Positions 58,793 to 64,000 of a stretch of DNA of 64,000 nucleotides are shown here, one piece after another. The notes beneath the pieces were generated by a model. It was not told the origin of the DNA. It was given only the letters and a program-made list of their open reading frames with translations, and made no database searches. Made by a program: the position numbers and the translations under genes. Each line of letters opens with the position of its first letter. The stretch's first letter is position 1. The stretch is from Corallochytrium limacisporum Hawaii (taxonomy: Eukaryota > Protista > Pluriformea): positions 183,962 through 247,961 of the forward strand of contig PDIP01000122.1 in NCBI GenBank assembly GCA_002811645.1. The letters run 5' to 3'.

Positions 58793-59704
58793 CTAAGCCG
58801 CAAGGTAGCCCCGTGGCTGATCATTACCCTGGAGCTGCCCCGCGTGCCTACGCTTCTCTTCCTGCTCATTCTTAATGAACGTTTCAACTGCCTGCGCGGT
58901 CGAGCTGCCAATGTCCTTTGCGGACCGCATGATCTTGAACAGATTTTGCGGAGATATGCCGGTCCGTCCGGTCATCTGCATGCCGCAGACCTCCTTTCGG
59001 CTATTCACACTCACGGAAACCGAAGCATCGGCAACGGCTTCCTCCTCCCGGTCAGCATCTGCCACATAATGTGTACCCATAGTCACCATGGTGGCAATGA
59101 CAGGCACCGGGCTCTTTAGCTTCAGCGGTTCTGCGTCGTAAGGATCACTACTTAGAGTAATATCGATCGGTTCTTTGTTCTCCCCGTACACAACCGTCAC
59201 CTTTGGCACGGAGCAGGTCATGATCGCGCCCTTCACAGCTAGACTGAGGGCATCCACCAGGGAGCCACCACCCGAGGTCACCACCACCGCATCAATGTAG
59301 AGAATCCAGCATTGTCGTCGTGGGATGATTATTAGCGTTGCTGGATCCAGAACACCTTCAGGCAGGAGCAGGTTCTGTAGGGTGCTGCTCAGGTCCTGCT
59401 CTCGTGCTTCTAGTACTCGCCGTGTCACTGACCCGCTGACCGCCGCTGCATGGCTACTGAGATCTACATTTACATTAACTTTACCCTGATTGGGTTTGTT
59501 GGGGTCAGGTACGTCAATTTCTGTCTTGATGCCGACCAGCACGTCCGTACCTGCCAGGCGCACCCTACATGATCCACGAGTGTTAGATGCAATATCACAT
59601 TCCAAAACTGCCTGTCTATGATCAAGACAACCGCGCCCGTCAGTACGAAGTCCGTCAGCAACACCTTCGATAATGAACCGTGCCTCTGCTTCCGAGATGT
59701 GCAT
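58793..59704 (-). CDS. RRP42: Exosome complex component RRP42 (EXOSC7), RNase PH-like
   Basis: ISEAE..FI..GV..LRTDGR..D.R, GSCRVRL..TDVLVGIK.E, W.LYID, GGSL.DA.S.A, I.LS.DP.D, AD..EE. ATG at 59704. Confidence 0.93.
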   Translation of the reverse strand: MHISEAEARFIIEGVADGLRTDGRGCLDHRQAVLECDIASNTRGSCRVRLAGTDVLVGIKTEIDVPDPNKPNQGKVNVNVDLSSHAAAVSGSVTRRVLEAREQDLSSTLQNLLLPEGVLDPATLIIIPRRQCWILYIDAVVVTSGGGSLVDALSLAVKGAIMTCSVPKVTVVYGENKEPIDITLSSDPYDAEPLKLKSPVPVIATMVTMGTHYVADADREEEAVADASVSVSVNSRKEVCGMQMTGRTGISPQNLFKIMRSAKDIGSSTAQAVETFIKNEQEEKRRHAGQLQGNDQPRGYLAA

Positions 59705-59744
59705 GCTTGACAAGTTTCACAACACAGTCCTCTTTACATTGTTA

Positions 59745-59775
59745 TTAGAGTCAAGTTACTTAGAGTCAAGTTACT
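59745..59775. repeat. 15-bp tandem duplication just upstream of RRP42
   Basis: ttagagtcaagttac x2. Confidence 0.9.
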
Positions 59776-61994
59776 GTATCAAAATTACAGGGCTTATGGC
59801 AGTCCAAAGGAAAGATCACTGGATCAAATATTTGCTTGAGCTAGCTCTTCTTCTCTCCAATCTCCAACCTGAAGAACCATCAGCCCAACTGACACGATTG
59901 CCCTCGTGCGTCTGACTTCACGGGAGCAATGTCCCAGGCATTGCCACTCTCGGCTTTTGGAAAAACCCTCACCCCTCCGGTACCGCACTCAGCTCTTTTC
60001 CAGTAACCGTTCTGAATTGGAACTGAATAACCTAACAATATCATTAGTACAATTAAAATGGGGGGCCATATTTATCGCTCCAGATGCAAATGCCGGTAGG
60101 TGCCTTGAAAGTTCGATTCGCCAAGGGGGATGAACGCGCAAGGGGTAAGAATGCCAATGGCGCAGAAATCGCCGCATAATTCCCTGCTGTTGTCTGATGG
60201 TCACCAGTCTTCTATCGTCGTCATGCTCTGTCATGTACGCTGCCTGTTCCATTTCGTATGTACAAACACTCATAAAGCATTATGGATGCTTAGCGAACTT
60301 CATCGCCTGCCATATGTAGAGGTCATGCACACTTGGAATCACGAGTGTGTGCAGGGGGTTTGAGGAGGGACGTGCAAGATCGAATGCATCCTTTGCTACC
60401 ATTTGCGCACAAGTGACGACGAAGTTGAACAATGCAACCCGCCCACGGACTAAGTGTCTCCTACCATAACATCCCGAACCGAATGAGCGGGTCGTGCACC
60501 TGACATATGATTAGAATTGTAGCAATCGTTGGAGTGCACACAACCATGAACTTCGGGAAGGAAAGTGCAAAGCTTTGTGTGAATGGGCAAGGGCGCGCAA
60601 CCCACGCAGAAGGTATGTGCAAACACGCGCACGAAAAGGGATCGGAACTATCTGGCAAAACACCAGTGATGGGGACAACGGCGTTTAACTTCGCTGCCAA
60701 TTTGCTGTAACAGCAGATGCCGATGACACGAGGACTTCAGCACTCCCGTCAGGCACATCCTATCCGCCCGGTCGAGGGGGAATGCGCCGCTTGGGAGTCT
60801 CAGTGCGCAGGGCAGCTTGCGAGAGTACAGCGATGAACCGGCGCCAGAGCCGCAATGGAATTGTATGCCCAGCTATTCAACTGGGGGGTGGACCAAGAAA
60901 CACAACGAGGAGGTTCTCCGTTTTGTTTGTTAGGCGATCCAGGCAATATAATGCAGATGACGGGATGAGAGAGCACGAGACTTTGGTGACTTCGGACAGT
61001 TTCTAATATGCTTCCGTGCGTCATCAAGGTTCGAACTCTGTACTTCCCGCAGAGCTATATAATACGGGGACAAACATGCCAGGGCACGGGGGTCCATGGG
61101 TACACAAGTGATGATGCAACAGGGGCAAAAAGGCCAGAACAGCTAAAGTTGTTATAAATAGACAAACCAAAGGGAGACTCGCCATCTCTGACCCTAGACA
61201 CACACAATTGCGGGAAAGAGTGGAAGGGGAAGGAGGGGGAGCGGGGCGTAAAAGGTTTTAAGCCAGCTTGGGCCGCGCCGCCAGCACGCACAGTGGGGAT
61301 ATGGGAAACTGGGAGAGGGAGGAGAGCGAGAAAGATAACGCGAGAAAAGAAGGAATAAAATTGGCCCACGGGAGGAAGGCCCGGTGCCACCAGCAGAATA
61401 TACCGAAGTGCCTTCTCTGAAAAGCCCGCAAAGAGATGGAGCCCGGTGGAAAAATGACAAGAAAAGAACTGCGATTTCAGCCCCCCCCTCTGAGGCCCCG
61501 GGAGGGGGGGGGACAGTTTCCGAAGTCTGCGAGTACTGGCGCAGACCAACGGTTGAGAGCGGGTTCGGATCAGGTGCTGCTGAACTGGGAAAAGGAAGAT
61601 CCATTTCCACTACACTTCCGATCTGGGAACTGTGAGGACGTTGATTTGGCACATTTTTGTCCTTTTGGAAGAGATAGCCATCGGCTCCTTCTTGGTATGT
61701 TTAGTCACAGTGTGACGACGACCAAAGACGTGGCGTATCCGCCGACAAGGGAGCGCACGACTGGTGAGAACAGAACTAAACATATTCCTGCGATAAAGGT
61801 CAGAGTAGGAAGCTACAGAAGATGAGATAAGCTGTACACAGGGGTGGTCAAGATCAAGAGTCTCTTGTCCGGACTTGGAGACTATTGAAAAGGAAGAATA
61901 GGACAGGTAGTAGGCGACAGTTTCCTTCGGCAGTGTACATGAGGAAAGACGAAGTAGATTTTGCTGAGTATCTGTACAGAGTACAGCAGAAACA

Positions 61995-64000
61995 ATGAAG
62001 AAACTCAAGGACTTGCGTTCCTCTATGCGCAGCAGCGTAAGTTCTGTAGAGAAGAAGATCCTGAGTTCGGGGCACAATGGCAAGCCCAACACTAGTCCTC
62101 GGGACAGCAACGTACCTGTAAGTCCAGGCCGGAGCAGGACTTTTCGTAAGAAGAAAAGTGAACTATACATCCGAGCGCTTACCTACCTGACCGATGAGGA
62201 GAGGCAGACCCTGAAGGTCATGTACAGCCATCTGGCGAAGCGCAGGCAGCCCACCAACACCTTGGACAAGGAAACTTTCCTACAGTACGTGCCCTTGCCA
62301 GGTATGTTGGGCGAGCGCCTCTTCAAGGTGTTTGACAGGGCATCGGACCATGTTCTTCATAAAGACGAGTTCTTGTATGGCATGGCCATCCTGATCCGTG
62401 GAACGGACGAGGACAAGTTCCATTTCCTCTTTGACATCTTCAACCTCGATGAAAGTGATGGAATCAGACCCAACGAATTGTCTGCTGTCTTGTTCAGCAT
62501 CGTAGACGGCGACTGTGAACAGTTCCATCTCGGTTTGTGCGAGATGGACGAGCCTTGCAAATTGCTCACGGGTCCTGAAGGTGAATCACTAAGTGCGGAT
62601 GAGGTTGTGGACAACATTGTGTCCCGGGCCATGGCTGATTTTGATACAAATTCATCAGGAAAACTTGAGTTTGAGCAATTTGTGGAGTGGCTAAAGGGCA
62701 ATGAATTGGCCCAAACCACCGTATTCTATGACTCCCTCATGAGTACCATGTCCTTGTGCATCAGCGGAACATCATTGGAGCGCCGACCAAGCAACACGGT
62801 CCTACAGGCTACGGGTGCCTCATTGGCTGGCAATTTGAAGATGAAAAAGAGCCCCATGTACGTGACGCGGTACGTTGTGCTCAAGGACGCCAGTGTATCG
62901 ATCTACAAAGAGCGAAATGACTTCATGCCTAGCGATGCGATCTTTCTGGGTGGTGCTAGTGTTGAGGTCGATGAGGAAGCGCTGAGCAAGGGCGAGTACA
63001 AGATTGAAATTATATTTCCCGAGTACACCACGAAGTTCCAGTGCACGGATAAGGCGGAAATGGACAAATGGCTACCCGCTTTGAAGAATGCGGCCCAGGT
63101 TCGCATGCTTGAGGATGACTACAATATTTTCCGCGATCGGGTCCTAGGCAGTGGTGCCTTTAGTGATGTTGTATATGGCAAGAACAAGGTTACTGGGGTG
63201 GATGTCGCGCTGAAGATTATCAGCAAGGAAGACATGGTTCGGGAGGAAGCAGACGATTTGTACAGTGAGATTGCAATTCTTAAAATTCTAGCGCATCCAA
63301 ACATGGTGGTGCTGCATGACGTACTGGAGACCCAGCAGCAGATGTGCATTGTGACTGAAGTGCTGGAAGGTGGTGATCTTTTGCGGCGATTGGAGACCAA
63401 TGATAAGAAAGGCGTCACTTTCAACGAGAGTGACGCCCAAATTATCATTCGGCAGTTCTTGGAGGCCGTACATTACCTGCACAAGCGCGGCATTGTACAT
63501 CGGGACTTGAAGCCGAACAACGCAGTGTTCATCACAAAGACTCCGGGAGACCTCCGCATTAAGGTGATTGATTTCGGATTTGCCAAGTTTGTAACGGATG
63601 ACGCGAACTTGGAAGATGCGCGTGGAACACGCAAGTACTTTGCACCTGAGGTGGTTGCTGGCAAACCACATGGAAAACCTATTGACATGTGGTGCATTGG
63701 CATTATTATGTATCGCCTGCTGCTTGGCGGCTTCCCATTCACAGGTCGTGACGAGGCTGACTTGTTCCGCAATATTCGGGCCTCCAAAGTGCGCAAGACA
63801 GCTGCGTTTGAGGAGTTGTCCTCGGCGGCCAGGGAGTTGATGCACGAACTGTTCCGCACTCTGCCCAAGATGCGCATCACTGCTGAGAAAGCCCTCCTAC
63901 ACAGCTGGCTCCTCGACAGCTACGACAGTGACTACGACAGTGCGACCAACGGCGTCCCCAGCTTGCCTACAACTCCCATCAAAGAGGATAGTCGTACGTC
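61995..64000 (+). CDS. EF-hand + PH + CAMK-type Ser/Thr kinase (CDPK7-like), 3' end beyond the window
   Basis: Manually translated open frame from ATG 61995 (in-frame TGA at 61965 upstream) to the window end. EF hands (LDKETFLQYVPLPGMLGERLFKVFD..EFLYG..RGT..LF.IFNLD), PH (RYVVLKD..IY..IFL..MDKWL.AL), kinase (LGSGAFS, VALK, HRDLKP, DFG, APE, DMW). Confidence 0.93.
   Translation, partial: MKKLKDLRSSMRSSVSSVEKKILSSGHNGKPNTSPRDSNVPVSPGRSRTFRKKKSELYIRALTYLTDEERQTLKVMYSHLAKRRQPTNTLDKETFLQYVPLPGMLGERLFKVFDRASDHVLHKDEFLYGMAILIRGTDEDKFHFLFDIFNLDESDGIRPNELSAVLFSIVDGDCEQFHLGLCEMDEPCKLLTGPEGESLSADEVVDNIVSRAMADFDTNSSGKLEFEQFVEWLKGNELAQTTVFYDSLMSTMSLCISGTSLERRPSNTVLQATGASLAGNLKMKKSPMYVTRYVVLKDASVSIYKERNDFMPSDAIFLGGASVEVDEEALSKGEYKIEIIFPEYTTKFQCTDKAEMDKWLPALKNAAQVRMLEDDYNIFRDRVLGSGAFSDVVYGKNKVTGVDVALKIISKEDMVREEADDLYSEIAILKILAHPNMVVLHDVLETQQQMCIVTEVLEGGDLLRRLETNDKKGVTFNESDAQIIIRQFLEAVHYLHKRGIVHRDLKPNNAVFITKTPGDLRIKVIDFGFAKFVTDDANLEDARGTRKYFAPEVVAGKPHGKPIDMWCIGIIMYRLLLGGFPFTGRDEADLFRNIRASKVRKTAAFEELSSAARELMHELFRTLPKMRITAEKALLHSWLLDSYDSDYDSATNGVPSLPTTPIKEDSRT

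Noticed and set aside
62280-63880. Minus-strand ORFs at the window end
   Set aside because: Antisense shadows of the + strand EF-PH-kinase gene.

Overview
Gene-dense eukaryotic (opisthokont-like) genomic window. All recognisable coding sequences are uninterrupted, including a 13 kb TRRAP/Tra1 ORF and a 10 kb BEACH ORF. This fits an extremely intron-poor unicellular holozoan such as Corallochytrium, but the taxon is an inference. About 18 protein genes, in order: KDEL receptor (ERD2), NBEAL-type BEACH protein, C1orf109/AIRIM-like, TMEM184, an SBF2-domain + PDZ-like protein, Ubc6/UBE2J2, a proline-rich 4xSH3 protein, VLCFA 3-ketoacyl-CoA reductase, GH85 ENGase, TMEM164-like, TRRAP, a SAM/AT-hook protein, P5C reductase, a VIT1/CCC1 protein, an 831-aa orphan (possibly FAAP100-like), HEATR6, RRP42, and an EF-hand-PH-kinase. 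That kinase resembles apicomplexan CDPK7, is missing from the ORF track and runs off the window end. No tRNA, rRNA, CRISPR array or recognisable mobile element was seen. Most notable: (i) the CDPK7-like kinase; (ii) recurrent intergenic poly(C)-then-poly(G) dyads/inverted repeats about 0.3-0.8 kb upstream of start codons, two of which are 'orphan' and may mark unannotated transcripts; (iii) a membrane-anchored ENGase; (iv) a stand-alone SBF2-PDZ protein; (v) a possible FAAP100 homologue with E2F-type sites. All homology calls come from motif recognition by eye, not database searches.
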